DNA of 64,000 nucleotides from Anaerolineae bacterium (GCA_022824365.1 JAJEAA010000031.1:57104-121103); one strand, 5' to 3'. Shown: positions 37,061-46,133, counted from the stretch's first letter. Numbers and translations are program-made. Notes: generated from the sequence alone by a model not told the origin.

Positions 37061-38110
37061 ATGACCAAAGAAATGCGAGTCGCCCTCGGGCAGCATGCCT
37101 CCGCCACCCACGATTATCTGACCTTCGCCCGGCAACTGGGCGTCGGCGGCGTACAATTCAACATGATCGGCAAGGGCATCGACCTCATCCCGACCTCGGA
37201 CGATCTCCCCGGCGACAAAGGCTACTGGGAACTCGCTGACCTCAAGCGCCTCAAGCAGCGCGTCAACGACTACGAGCTGGAACTGGAAGCGCTAGAAAAT
37301 GTGCCGGCGGCTTTCATCCGGCAAGCCATGCTCAACGGACCGCGCCGCGCCGAACAAATCGCCAATTATCAGACCACCCTGCGCAACATGGGCGAGGCGG
37401 GCATCCCCATCCTCGGTCTGAACTGGATGCCGAACCTCGTCTGGCGCACGCCCGCCCAGACCGGCCGCGGCGGCGTCACCGTCACCGCCTTTGATATGGA
37501 ACGCGCGCTGGCGGGCGAGGTGGTCACGGGCATTGTCGATGTGCCGGAAGCGGAAGACCGCGACTACAGCGAAGAGGAGATCTTCGAAAATTACGTCTCG
37601 TTCATGCGCGCCGTCCTGCCGGTTGCCGAAGAAGCCGGCGTCAAGATCGCCCTCCATCCCGACGATCCGCCCGTGCCCTCGCTCGGCGGCATCGCCCGCG
37701 TCTTCTACAAACCGGAAAACTTCAAGCGCGCCCTGGAAGCCGCCCCCAGCCCCAACCACGGCCTGGATTTCTGCATGGGCTGCTTCTCGGAGATGGTCTA
37801 CGCCGACCGCTCCAACAATGAAGGCGTGCTCGACGCCATCCGCTATTTCGGCGCCCGCGGCAAAATCTTCTACGTCCACTTCCGTGATGTGCAGGGCTGC
37901 GTCCCCCGCTTCCAGGAATGCTTCCCCGGCGAGGGCAATGTCGATGTGGTGACGGCGATAAAGACCCTGCGCGAAGTCGGCTTTGACGGCTTCATCATTG
38001 ACGATCACGTGCCGGAGATGCTGGACGACAGCGATTGGCGCCATCGCGGTCACGCCTATTCGACCGGCTACATCATGGCGCTGGTCGAGGCGGTCAAGAA
38101 GCTGGCATAA
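37061..38110 (+). CDS. uxuA: Mannonate dehydratase
   Basis: 349 aa. YQTTLRNMGEAGIPILGLNWMPNLVWRT and LPVAEEAGVKIALHPDDPPVPSLGGIARV closely parallel short Gram-positive-type UxuA. Confidence 0.8.
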   Translation: MTKEMRVALGQHASATHDYLTFARQLGVGGVQFNMIGKGIDLIPTSDDLPGDKGYWELADLKRLKQRVNDYELELEALENVPAAFIRQAMLNGPRRAEQIANYQTTLRNMGEAGIPILGLNWMPNLVWRTPAQTGRGGVTVTAFDMERALAGEVVTGIVDVPEAEDRDYSEEEIFENYVSFMRAVLPVAEEAGVKIALHPDDPPVPSLGGIARVFYKPENFKRALEAAPSPNHGLDFCMGCFSEMVYADRSNNEGVLDAIRYFGARGKIFYVHFRDVQGCVPRFQECFPGEGNVDVVTAIKTLREVGFDGFIIDDHVPEMLDDSDWRHRGHAYSTGYIMALVEAVKKLA

Positions 38111-38133
38111 GCGTCAAGCCATCTTGGGCAGCG

Positions 38134-39831
38134 CTAGCTCCTCAGCCGTTGCCGCAGCAGTTTTAGCAGCCAGGACAATTCATGCAGCTTGAGCCAGCGC
38201 GCCGCCAAGACGAAGACAGCGCCGTAGAGCAGGGCGCAGACTGTTACCAAAAGCAATTCGTCAAAGACAGTAGCAGCGCCGATCCAGCCGGTAATGGACG
38301 GCAGCGTGAACTGCGCGATCGCCGCCATGACAAGCGATGCCAGCGCCGACTTGAACAATGTGCGCCGCAGCCGTTGCGCGCCAAAGCCATCCAGCCGCCG
38401 CCACAAAAGCACCGCGCTGATGGCGGCATGCACAAAATGCTTCACGCTATCGGCGACCATCAGACTGAACAAGCCATAACGCTCGAAGAGCAGCAGGGCG
38501 ACGCCCATATAAGAAAGCAAGCTGACGATGCCGATCAGCGCCGGCGTCAGCGTATCTTTGCGGGCGTAAAAGGCGTAGACCAGCAGCAGATCGATGGCGG
38601 CGAAGGGCAATCCGATGAGATAGAGCCGCAGCGCCTGCGCCGTGATTTCCGTATCCGCCGCCAGGAAAGCGCCATTCTCAAACAGCAGCGCGATGATGGG
38701 CGTCGCCAGCACGAACAAGCCCGTCGCCGCGGGCAAGATCAGCGTGGTCGCCAGGCGCAAGCCCAGCCCCAGCGTGTCTTTAAAGGCGCGCTGCGCCCCC
38801 GCCGTCATCTGTGCCGACTGCCGCGCCAGGGTGGGCAAAATGGCGATGCTGATGGCGGTGGCGACCAAGCCCTGCGGGAACTGAACCAGGGTGGTGGCCC
38901 AGTTCATGATCGCGATGCCGCCATCGCCGGTCAGGCTCGCCAGCCGGTAGCTGAAGGGGCGGATAATCAGCGTGTCCATGCTCAGGGAAAACATGACCGG
39001 CAGGTATAGCAGGGCGATGCTCTTCAGCGCCGGGTGCCGCCAGTTGAGGCTGAGCCGAAGCCGACGCAAACGCAAGCCCGGCATCTGCAGAATCATCTGG
39101 GCGACCGCGCCTGTCAGCCAGCCCAGAGCCACGACCATGATGCCGGCGGCGGGCCGCGCGAAGATGAAAGGAAAGATCTCGACCCGCGCTGCCAGCGTCG
39201 GCTGCCAAGCCACCGGCGGCGCCAGAGCCAGCGTGACCAGCACGATGCAGCCGTTAAAGACGACGCCGGCAAAAGCCGGCAGCGTGAACGAGCGCAGCGC
39301 GAAAAGCGCCCCGCTGAAAACGGCGAACAGACTCAGGAAGAGCAGCGATGGCGCCGTCAAGCGCAGCAATTGGATCGCCAGGCGACGGGTCGCCAAGTCC
39401 GCGCCCGGCGCGACCAGGGGCACAATCTGCGGCGCGAAGACCTCGATGAGTACGACCAGCAGCGCCAGCGCGGCGATGACCAGGCTGACCAAAGCCGATA
39501 CGACGCGCCACAATTCGTCTTTGCCGCGCAGGGTGATGACATCGCTGAGCACGGGGACGATGGCGCCGTTGATGTGGCCGCCGATCAGCAGATCATACAT
39601 CGCCTTGGGCACGATGATGGCCACCTGCAGGGCGTCGACCGCGCCGGTCGCGCCGAAGAGGAATGTGAGCACGATTTCCCGCGTCAAGCCGAGGAGGCGG
39701 CTGCAGATATTGCCAAGGGCGAGGATGCCGCTGGCGCCGGCTACGCGGGCATTGGTGGTCTCCTGCTCATCCGGCAGAGCCTCATGCAGATCGGGGTCGC
39801 TGATGGCGATTGGCTGCTCCGCAGTCATCAC
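38134..39831 (-). CDS. murJ: Lipid II flippase MurJ/MviN
   Basis: 565 aa polytopic protein. N-terminal SRLLGLTREIVLTFLFGATGAVDALQVA is typical of MurJ. Confidence 0.88.
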   Translation of the reverse strand: MMTAEQPIAISDPDLHEALPDEQETTNARVAGASGILALGNICSRLLGLTREIVLTFLFGATGAVDALQVAIIVPKAMYDLLIGGHINGAIVPVLSDVITLRGKDELWRVVSALVSLVIAALALLVVLIEVFAPQIVPLVAPGADLATRRLAIQLLRLTAPSLLFLSLFAVFSGALFALRSFTLPAFAGVVFNGCIVLVTLALAPPVAWQPTLAARVEIFPFIFARPAAGIMVVALGWLTGAVAQMILQMPGLRLRRLRLSLNWRHPALKSIALLYLPVMFSLSMDTLIIRPFSYRLASLTGDGGIAIMNWATTLVQFPQGLVATAISIAILPTLARQSAQMTAGAQRAFKDTLGLGLRLATTLILPAATGLFVLATPIIALLFENGAFLAADTEITAQALRLYLIGLPFAAIDLLLVYAFYARKDTLTPALIGIVSLLSYMGVALLLFERYGLFSLMVADSVKHFVHAAISAVLLWRRLDGFGAQRLRRTLFKSALASLVMAAIAQFTLPSITGWIGAATVFDELLLVTVCALLYGAVFVLAARWLKLHELSWLLKLLRQRLRS

Positions 39832-39958
39832 TTGCGTTTCGCTCAGGGGGGCAGAGTGTGGCGCTGCCCCTCAATATACACAGGGGGCGCTGGTTTGCTC
39901 AAGCGTTATTGGTTTAGGGGGAGTGGTCGCGGGCGGGCGAGGTGGTATCGCGCCTCGA

Positions 39959-40462
39959 CTAGCTCAATACGGGACCGATATAGCGCGCGCCGGCCATCAG
40001 CGCCAGGGAAGCAAGGGCAAGCCACATGCTGACGCGGCCGTTCCGCCGCAGCTTGCCTTGAAGCGCCGCCGCCTGGTCCGCGTCCGTCAGCGCGGAATAG
40101 GTCGCCGCCGGGCGCCACACGGCGAAGAAGCCATGCGCGAAAGCCAGCAAGCCCAGGAGCGCGCCCAGCGTCAAAACCACGCCCATGCCGCTGCCCAGCG
40201 CTTCGTGATAGGACATCATGCCGTACAAGAGCAAGCCGGCCACGGTGGTCGCCAGCGCGGATATGGGAAGCAGGCTGGGGAAACTTGTCTCGCTATATAG
40301 TCCCCGCAAGATGCGCCCCCCATCGGCGCCAGCTTTCTCCAGCGCCGGCTCAATGTAAAAGGAGAGGACGACGGCCGCGCCAACCCAGACCAAGCCCCCG
40401 ACGATATGCAGCAGGCGCAGTACGGTGATGATCAACGCGCCGCCGGCTGAACTCAGATCCAT
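39959..40462 (-). CDS. Hypothetical integral membrane protein
   Basis: 167 aa with four hydrophobic helices and coding-like codon usage. No motif recognised. Confidence 0.55.
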   Translation of the reverse strand: MDLSSAGGALIITVLRLLHIVGGLVWVGAAVVLSFYIEPALEKAGADGGRILRGLYSETSFPSLLPISALATTVAGLLLYGMMSYHEALGSGMGVVLTLGALLGLLAFAHGFFAVWRPAATYSALTDADQAAALQGKLRRNGRVSMWLALASLALMAGARYIGPVLS

Positions 40463-40510
40463 GATAGCCTCCGATAAGCAACTAGTTTCTTAATGCCTTG
40501 AACTTCAAAT

Positions 40511-40930
40511 CTAATCCAGAGTCAGCAGAAAGGCAATCAGATCAGCCAGGTCAGCCGGCTCAAGGCTTTCTTCATAGCGGCTGTACATCAGATTGGAGTA
40601 ACCCGCGAGCAGATATTGGCCGGGCCGCAGGATGCTCCAATACAAGTATTCTTCCGCCGATTGCCCGGCGACGCGCCCGCCAGCCAGCGCGGCTATGCCC
40701 GCCAGGGAATTGCCCATGCCGCCGCTTTCGCCCGTGAGCGAGTGACAGGCGGAGCAGGCCGGCGCTTCGTTATTGGATTGGTTGAACAACTTCTCGCCGC
40801 TGCCGGCGTCTGCCAGGTCGAAGTCCAGTTCAGCCAGCGAGACGCGCGGCAAATCGGCGCTGCAGCTGCTTAGCAGCAGACTCAATTCAATCGCCAGCCA
40901 GACAAAGGGTCCGATTCTCATAGCATTCAT
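40511..40930 (-). CDS. c-type cytochrome (lipoprotein-like signal)
   Basis: 139 aa from ATG 40930 (MNAMRIGPFVWLAIELSLLLSSC). Heme-binding CSACH. Distal Met context. Confidence 0.75.
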   Translation of the reverse strand: MNAMRIGPFVWLAIELSLLLSSCSADLPRVSLAELDFDLADAGSGEKLFNQSNNEAPACSACHSLTGESGGMGNSLAGIAALAGGRVAGQSAEEYLYWSILRPGQYLLAGYSNLMYSRYEESLEPADLADLIAFLLTLD

Positions 40931-41027
40931 CCTGGACGCCGACACTATCAGAATACCGCTCTTTTTTCCATAATACGCTACAGTGTCCGCCACTGTCGCA
41001 TTCCAAACAGCCGGTAGAGGCAGTTCC

Positions 41028-42143
41028 ATGTCAATTGCCCTGTCCCCGCTTCAACTGCGTCGACTGCGTCTGCAAAATCAGTTACTGTCCGAAAATTCCC
41101 GCTCGGCTTCGACAGCGGAAGTCGTCCGCCGGCTCTGCGCGCTGCAATCGCAGGAGTGGCCCTCGGCGCAACTTGCGATTCACGCTCGCGCGGGCGGTAT
41201 CACCCAGGCGAGTGTGATTCAAGCCCGCGAGGTGGAGCGCGCCTTCGTCTTGACCTGGAGCCTGCGGGGCACGCTGCATCTGGTCGCGGCGGAAGATATC
41301 CGCTGGCAGCTCGCGCTCTGTGGAGCCGGCGCCATCCGCGGCACGAGACGGCGCTATCAGCAACTGGGCTTGACGGAAGAGTTGCGTGAGCGAGGGCTGA
41401 GGGAGATGGAAGCGATCCTCGGCCATGACGGTCCTTTAATCCGCTCGGCACTGGCGGAAAGGCTGGGCGCGCGCGGCATCCCGGTCGAGGGACAAGCGAT
41501 CCATCATCTCGTTCGCTTCGCGGCTTTGCGCGGGCTTATCTGCCTGGGACCGGAAATCGACGGCGACTTGACATACGTCCTGCTGGATGACTGGCTGCCG
41601 GCCGGGAGAACCATTCGCAAGCCGACCAACCCCGCAGCGGAACTGGCGCGGCGTTATCTGCGGGCTTTTGCGCCGGCGACCGCGGAGGATTTCGCGCGCT
41701 GGTCGGGCTTGGGCAAAAGGGTGATCAAAGCGGCTTGGGGCGCTATCGCTGGCGACTGCGTCACAGTGGCGATCCCGGATGGCGAGGCGCAGATGCTCAA
41801 GACACAGCTTGAACAGCTTGACGCGGGGACGCCCGAAGCTGTCGTCCGCTTCCTGCCGCGCTATGACAATTATCTGCTCGGCTATGTGAGCCGCGCTTTT
41901 ATGGTGGCGGACGAATATGCCAAGCAGGCGCATCCGGGCGGCGGTTTGATCCGCGCCTGCGTCATTATCGATGGCGAAGCGAAAGCACACTGGAAGCTGG
42001 AGAAACGGCGGGCGGCTATTCGCCTGGTCGTCGAGCCTTATGAGAACCTGAGCGGGGCAGAAGCGGCGTTGATGGAAGCGGAAGCGGGGTCGCTGGGCGG
42101 TTTCCTCAACACCAGCGCCGAATTGCGGATAGAGGACGCTTAG
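41028..42143 (+). CDS. Winged-helix DNA glycosylase-like protein (YcaQ/AlkZ, DUF1006 family)
   Basis: 371 aa from ATG 41028. LRRLRLQNQLL...VVRRLCALQSQEW...TWSLRGTLHLV matches the YcaQ/AlkZ N-terminal pattern. Confidence 0.7.
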   Translation: MSIALSPLQLRRLRLQNQLLSENSRSASTAEVVRRLCALQSQEWPSAQLAIHARAGGITQASVIQAREVERAFVLTWSLRGTLHLVAAEDIRWQLALCGAGAIRGTRRRYQQLGLTEELRERGLREMEAILGHDGPLIRSALAERLGARGIPVEGQAIHHLVRFAALRGLICLGPEIDGDLTYVLLDDWLPAGRTIRKPTNPAAELARRYLRAFAPATAEDFARWSGLGKRVIKAAWGAIAGDCVTVAIPDGEAQMLKTQLEQLDAGTPEAVVRFLPRYDNYLLGYVSRAFMVADEYAKQAHPGGGLIRACVIIDGEAKAHWKLEKRRAAIRLVVEPYENLSGAEAALMEAEAGSLGGFLNTSAELRIEDA

Positions 42144-42151
42144 CGCTATTC

Positions 42152-42193
42152 AACCCCTCCCCCGGCCCCGCCTCAATGAATTAGAGAGGGGAG
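42152..42193 (-). repeat. REP-A hairpin element (inverse orientation)
   Basis: aacccctcccccggccccgcctc ... agaggggag is the reverse complement of the REP-A consensus. Confidence 0.7.
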
Positions 42194-42239
42194 CTCTCCG
42201 AAAATTCTTGAGTAAGAACCGGCGAACCAAGGTTCGCCC

Positions 42240-43268
42240 CTACATTTTCCCGTCGGGCGCGGTTGCGCATGGAGGCGCTTGGACATCGCCGCGGAGGACC
42301 TCCACCGTCAGTTCTTCCAACTGCGGGATGACATGGCGGGCTTCGTGTTGAACGGCGCGGACGATTTCTCCGCTCGCTTCCAGCGTCGTGTCGGCGGGCA
42401 GGGCGATTTTCATCACGCCGTACATGCGATGGCCGACCCAGCGCAGGCGCAGCGTCTCAATCGCCAGCACGCCGTCCAGCCCCAACACATGCGCCTCGAC
42501 ATGCTCGACAAGATGAGGATCGACCGCGTCCATCATGCGATACCAGATCGCCTTGATGGCGTTCCAGGTGATGCCGACGATGGCCAGGGCGATGACGACG
42601 CCGATGAAGGGATCGAGGATTGGCAATCCGATCAGCGTGCCGATGACGGCGATGAGCACAGCCAGCGAGGTCAAGCCGTCGATCAGAGCGTGCTGCCCAT
42701 CGGCAATCATGGCGTCCGAGCCGATGCGCCGGCCGACGCGGATCTGCATGACGGCGACCAGTTCGTTGCCGACGAAGCCGACCAGGGAAGCCAGGGCGAT
42801 CCACTCCAGGTTTTCCAGGGGCAGGGGATTGAGCAGGCGCTGGATCGATTCGTAGAGGATGTAGGCGGCGCTGAAACCGATGGAGATGACGATGAAGACG
42901 CCGGCGATATCTTCCAGGCGGCCGTAGCCGTAGGTGTAGCGCTTGTTGGCGGCGCGGCGGGCAATGTAGAAGGCAAAGAGCAGCGGGATAGAGTTGAGGG
43001 CGTCGCCGAGGTTGTGCACGGTATCGGCGAGGAGAGCGACGCTGTTGCTGGCCAGGTAGATGACGATTTGCAGGGCAGTGGTCAAGCCGAGAGCGATGAG
43101 GGCGATCCAGACGGTGCGGACGGCGAGTTGGTTATCGAGGAAGGCGCGGTCGGCGGCGAGGTCGTGGTGGCTGTGGTCATGGGTGAAGCCGGGCAGGTGC
43201 AATGCTTGCGCGATTTTGACGAGGGGGTTGTTGCTGTGGTGGTGGCTGTGGTCGTGGGAGTGTGCCAT
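42240..43268 (-). CDS. Cation diffusion facilitator (CDF) metal efflux transporter
   Basis: 342 aa. His-rich N-terminus (HSHDHSHHHS...HDHSHH), six TM helices, LADTVHNLGDAL signature region, cytoplasmic C-terminal domain. Confidence 0.9.
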   Translation of the reverse strand: MAHSHDHSHHHSNNPLVKIAQALHLPGFTHDHSHHDLAADRAFLDNQLAVRTVWIALIALGLTTALQIVIYLASNSVALLADTVHNLGDALNSIPLLFAFYIARRAANKRYTYGYGRLEDIAGVFIVISIGFSAAYILYESIQRLLNPLPLENLEWIALASLVGFVGNELVAVMQIRVGRRIGSDAMIADGQHALIDGLTSLAVLIAVIGTLIGLPILDPFIGVVIALAIVGITWNAIKAIWYRMMDAVDPHLVEHVEAHVLGLDGVLAIETLRLRWVGHRMYGVMKIALPADTTLEASGEIVRAVQHEARHVIPQLEELTVEVLRGDVQAPPCATAPDGKM

Positions 43269-43497
43269 GGGTCGCGCCTTGCTGATCCGTCGCTGGTTTT
43301 AAGTTAACCACAAAGGGGCGCGGGGCACAAAGATTTAATGCCACAGAGTACACCAAGAATGATGGGCGGGTCAGCGAGAGTCGATAAGGGGTGGCAACTG
43401 GATGTTCGCGAGTCTTTATTCCGCGCCTGGTCCAGTCTGGTGGCAACTAACTGGACGTGAGCATTCATAGCTCTCCAGATCGAACACCGGCATTTTG

Positions 43498-44289
43498 CTA
43501 GAGTTCCAAGTCGATATCGTTTTCGACTCTCAGTATCCCCTTTGGAGACAACGTTACTTCATTTGTATCCTTGTTAAAGAAAATTAGTTCGGACTGATGT
43601 AGCGGAGTTAGTACCTTACTCTTGAAGCGAGTGAGGTTCTTATACTCAATCGATTCTCGCAGAACCTCAACCGTCTGCTTATTTGTCGATTCGCTATACA
43701 GTAAGACCAGCACCTTATCTTTAGCAAGTAGTGTTCCCGACGAAGGTGAAAGTACTCGTTTGAAACCATCCACCTCCCAAATAAGAGGAATGTTCTTTGT
43801 AGACAATTCCTGTACCATCTCTCGCGCTTCCTTTAGCGATACGTGTGGCGATAATTTGTGTAACAGTCGGACAAGTTCTGCTACAACCCAGTCAACACTA
43901 GACCGCACCAGAGTTGCATCCATGAAGTTGGGGTCGACGTTGCCAGGAGTATGACCTACGCCGCGTTTGTTGCGAATATTAAAGATGGAGGCGAGGATAT
44001 CTGGAATGTGGAATCGAATTGAATCGTCCAGACTCGAGTCGCTTTCGAATTTGCGAACCTTACCCTTGAAATTCTGGATATGAGTTCCATATGGGGTGAA
44101 ATCATTGCTCGCACTTGTATGCCATTCCAGCAGACGATAGACGTCTTCACAGAATTTTGCACCATTCAACTCTGATGGCTCGTACATATTCAGAACATAA
44201 TAGCGCTGAATCTCGAGATAATGCTTTCGCATGCGCCGCCGTATGTCGACGGGAACGGTTGCGAAGACTTGATCAAATCGATCGGTCAT
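43498..44289 (-). CDS. Abi_C/HEPN-like protein with C-terminal winged-helix-like module (cassette gene 3)
   Basis: 263 aa from ATG 44289, with ATGA overlap onto the upstream gene. IRNKRGVGH at 43951-43974 is the RNxxGxGH form of the HEPN Rx4-6H motif seen in Abi_C domains, followed by ATLVRSSVDWVVAELVRLL. C-terminal ~100 aa end EVTLSPKG. AT-rich. Confidence 0.65.
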   Translation of the reverse strand: MTDRFDQVFATVPVDIRRRMRKHYLEIQRYYVLNMYEPSELNGAKFCEDVYRLLEWHTSASNDFTPYGTHIQNFKGKVRKFESDSSLDDSIRFHIPDILASIFNIRNKRGVGHTPGNVDPNFMDATLVRSSVDWVVAELVRLLHKLSPHVSLKEAREMVQELSTKNIPLIWEVDGFKRVLSPSSGTLLAKDKVLVLLYSESTNKQTVEVLRESIEYKNLTRFKSKVLTPLHQSELIFFNKDTNEVTLSPKGILRVENDIDLEL

Positions 44290-44828
44290 GATTCGTCGTT
44301 CTCGGAAAGCCACTTAGCGATTAGATTCTCACCCTTCGGAGCAAGCGTATAACCGTGCTTACGACTTTTCCTGTCCAAAAGGCCACGACTTTTCAACGTC
44401 CTTAGGGTAGCAGCAGCATCAGAGGGTTGCTTTTGACCGGTCGCTCTACATGCTTCAACTACAATCTCGGGAGTTATCCCGCTTTCTCTAAATTCGCCAG
44501 GACCGTGAATCTCGAAAACATACGCGAGGAAAGTGACGAAAGTCTGCTGTTTGGCAGTTTTCAGGTCTTTGTCTTTCTCGTTGGCAATCGCGAACATTTC
44601 TTGCCTGTAATCCCACTGTTCATCGACTTCCTCAAGTGCTTCACCTGTCGAAGCAGCCGCAACAATCTCCCGCCTGATTGAATCGCCGTTGGGCATGCTC
44701 GGATCCGACAGAAACGCCCTGCACAAGTTATCTACTATCGTAGGGCGTAGCAGCGGATCATACTTTTCCGCTACAGCCACTATGTCGCCCATTGCGTCGG
44801 TCAAAAGCTGACACTTGTCCTTGCTCAT
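44286..44828 (-). CDS. Hypothetical protein, paralogue B (cassette gene 2), winged-helix-like C-terminus
   Basis: 180 aa, AT-rich. Alignable along its length with the 188-aa upstream protein. Ends KHGYTLAPKGENLIAKWL. No named family recognised. Confidence 0.6.
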   Translation of the reverse strand: MSKDKCQLLTDAMGDIVAVAEKYDPLLRPTIVDNLCRAFLSDPSMPNGDSIRREIVAAASTGEALEEVDEQWDYRQEMFAIANEKDKDLKTAKQQTFVTFLAYVFEIHGPGEFRESGITPEIVVEACRATGQKQPSDAAATLRTLKSRGLLDRKSRKHGYTLAPKGENLIAKWLSENDES

Positions 44829-44867
44829 GTTTCACCTCACTTTTACAATCTTGCTGCCATCATCATT

Positions 44868-45434
44868 CTACGAATCAGACTGCTTCAGCAAATTGTTCTT
44901 CACATAATACTTGCCGTGGCCTGTTAAGCTAAAGCCATCGCGCTTGCCACCTTGCAGGTACTTCTTGTTCTTTCGCTTTGCATTGTTTAGCGCCGCCAGC
45001 GGATTACCTACCGAATGGCCAACCGTCAAGCATGCTTCCTCAAACTGTGCCAGCGTAATCGATTCCACTCGATGTCCCATCGGAGCCAAAACTGTGTAAA
45101 AGTACACAACCGCCGCTCCAAACTCCACTCCGTCCTTTTCTCGCAGGCCAAATTCTTCGGCTAACTTTGACAGCTCCTCGGCTTCATTCCAAACTGAAGC
45201 CTCCATTTGCACTGGTTCTCTCACGATGTCAGACACGCCAGGAATCTGTGATTCGCCATGGCGCTGGGAAGCAGCGCTAATGTCGTCAATGTCCACTACC
45301 CTGCCATCCATTAGAGTTGAATAAGCCGCACGGAACACATCCCTTTGAACATGCGATGGGAAGAGCTTTAATTTGGACGCAATTGGCGCTAGCTCTGTCA
45401 TAAGCATGTCGTATTGTTCCTTACTCATCTGCAT
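44868..45434 (-). CDS. Hypothetical protein, paralogue A (cassette gene 1), winged-helix-like C-terminus
   Basis: 188 aa, AT-rich, with GAGG-containing leader and an upstream promoter-like TTGCAA-N16-TATACT. Ends RDGFSLTGHGKYYVKNNL. No named family recognised. Confidence 0.6.
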   Translation of the reverse strand: MQMSKEQYDMLMTELAPIASKLKLFPSHVQRDVFRAAYSTLMDGRVVDIDDISAASQRHGESQIPGVSDIVREPVQMEASVWNEAEELSKLAEEFGLREKDGVEFGAAVVYFYTVLAPMGHRVESITLAQFEEACLTVGHSVGNPLAALNNAKRKNKKYLQGGKRDGFSLTGHGKYYVKNNLLKQSDS

Positions 45435-45467
45435 ACCTCATTTTCTCTGATCTAGAAAGTTAGTCAC

Positions 45468-45495
45468 AGTATAGCATAACGAAGAATACTTGCAA
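45468..45495 (-). promoter_or_regulatory. Sigma70-like promoter of the three-gene cassette
   Basis: Minus strand reads TTGCAA-N16-TATACT. The -10 ends 34 nt upstream of ATG 45434. Confidence 0.45.
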
Positions 45496-45624
45496 GACAC
45501 AAATCGACAAACAGAAATCCAGCAATGCAATATGTACACAATTTGCGTTATCTCATACGTATCAGCGTTATTCTACCATGACTTCTAGACTTGTCAATTT
45601 CTTGGGTTTAGCCGCTCTACGATT

Positions 45625-45690
45625 CGCGGCGTGGGCGACCAGGGCGGCGATGTTGGCAAGATCGCCGCCGGTCAGGATACGCGTGGACTC
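45625..45690 (-). pseudogene. Possible second, more degraded copy of a maeB/PTA-type 3' end
   Basis: GC-rich patch in AT-rich surroundings. Minus-strand translation reads RILTGGDLANIAALVAHAA. It shares gtgggcg, ggcggcgat and atcgccg strings with the 46134-46199 remnant. Similarity is weak. Confidence 0.35.
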
Positions 45691-45705
45691 TCCGCTTTGA
45701 TTCCG

Positions 45706-45714
45706 TGTTATACT
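45706..45714 (+). promoter_or_regulatory. Extended -10 element of small-protein copy 1
   Basis: TGTTATACT is homologous to the copy-2 element. The -35 is weak (TGGACT with 19-nt spacing). Confidence 0.35.
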
Positions 45715-45735
45715 CTAGGCGACACAGGAGGACAC

Positions 45736-45963
45736 ATGGCCACAGAGAGTTTACACAATCGGCTGCCAGCGGTGGAGCAATCGGTCGCCCGGCTTGAAGG
45801 CGCTTACGAGCATGTGGCGACTAAAGCCGACTTGGGAGACGTTAGGAGTGAGATCGCGACATTGGCTGCCAGAGTGCAGCTATTGCAGTGGATCACCGGC
45901 ATTGGTTTCACGGTCATCGCCGGTTTGCTCATCCATATGCTAGGAATAATTGCCTCGCTATAG
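45736..45963 (+). CDS. Small coiled-coil protein with C-terminal TM anchor (DUF1640/XhlA-like), copy 1
   Basis: 75 aa from ATG 45736 (AGGAGGA upstream). VARLEGAYEHVATKADL coiled-coil, then WITGIGFTVIAGLLIHMLGIIA TM helix. Paralogue at 46258. Confidence 0.65.
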   Translation: MATESLHNRLPAVEQSVARLEGAYEHVATKADLGDVRSEIATLAARVQLLQWITGIGFTVIAGLLIHMLGIIASL

Positions 45964-46010
45964 CGCTTGCGCCGGTGCGGCGAAATCCCCCTACCCTCGG
46001 TATCAAATCA

Positions 46011-46061
46011 GCGAGCGACTCACAGGGGCGCGTAGACACTGCCCGTCAGTCGCCCCTACAA
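46011..46061 (+). repeat. REP-C element (GCGAC...GTCGCCCCTACAA)
   Basis: gcgactcacag...cagtcgcccctacaa, the extended variant of the hairpin found at 46078. Confidence 0.65.
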
Positions 46062-46077
46062 TTGACACGCGGATTTC

Positions 46078-46104
46078 GGGCGACTCACAGAGTCGCCCCT
46101 ACAA
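46078..46104 (+). repeat. REP-C element
   Basis: gggcgact cacag agtcgccc hairpin followed by ctacaa. Confidence 0.8.
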
Positions 46105-46133
46105 ATCCTGAGGTTAAGCTGTACTACCCACCC

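Noticed and set aside
36795-37239. Two overlapping plus-strand ORFs (89 and 135 aa) in the AT-rich spacer running into uxuA
   Set aside because: The translations are low-complexity and there is no RBS. One reads out of frame through the uxuA start. More likely promoter or leader DNA.
43390-43458. Direct repeat GGTGGCAACT(G/AACT)GGA(T/C)GT, plus a 7-bp inverted repeat gtccagt/actggac, between the CDF transporter start and the end of the cassette
   Set aside because: These are short, imperfect and seen only once. They could be a metal-regulator operator, a terminator for the cassette or chance. I looked here for a further maeB-end remnant and did not find a convincing one.
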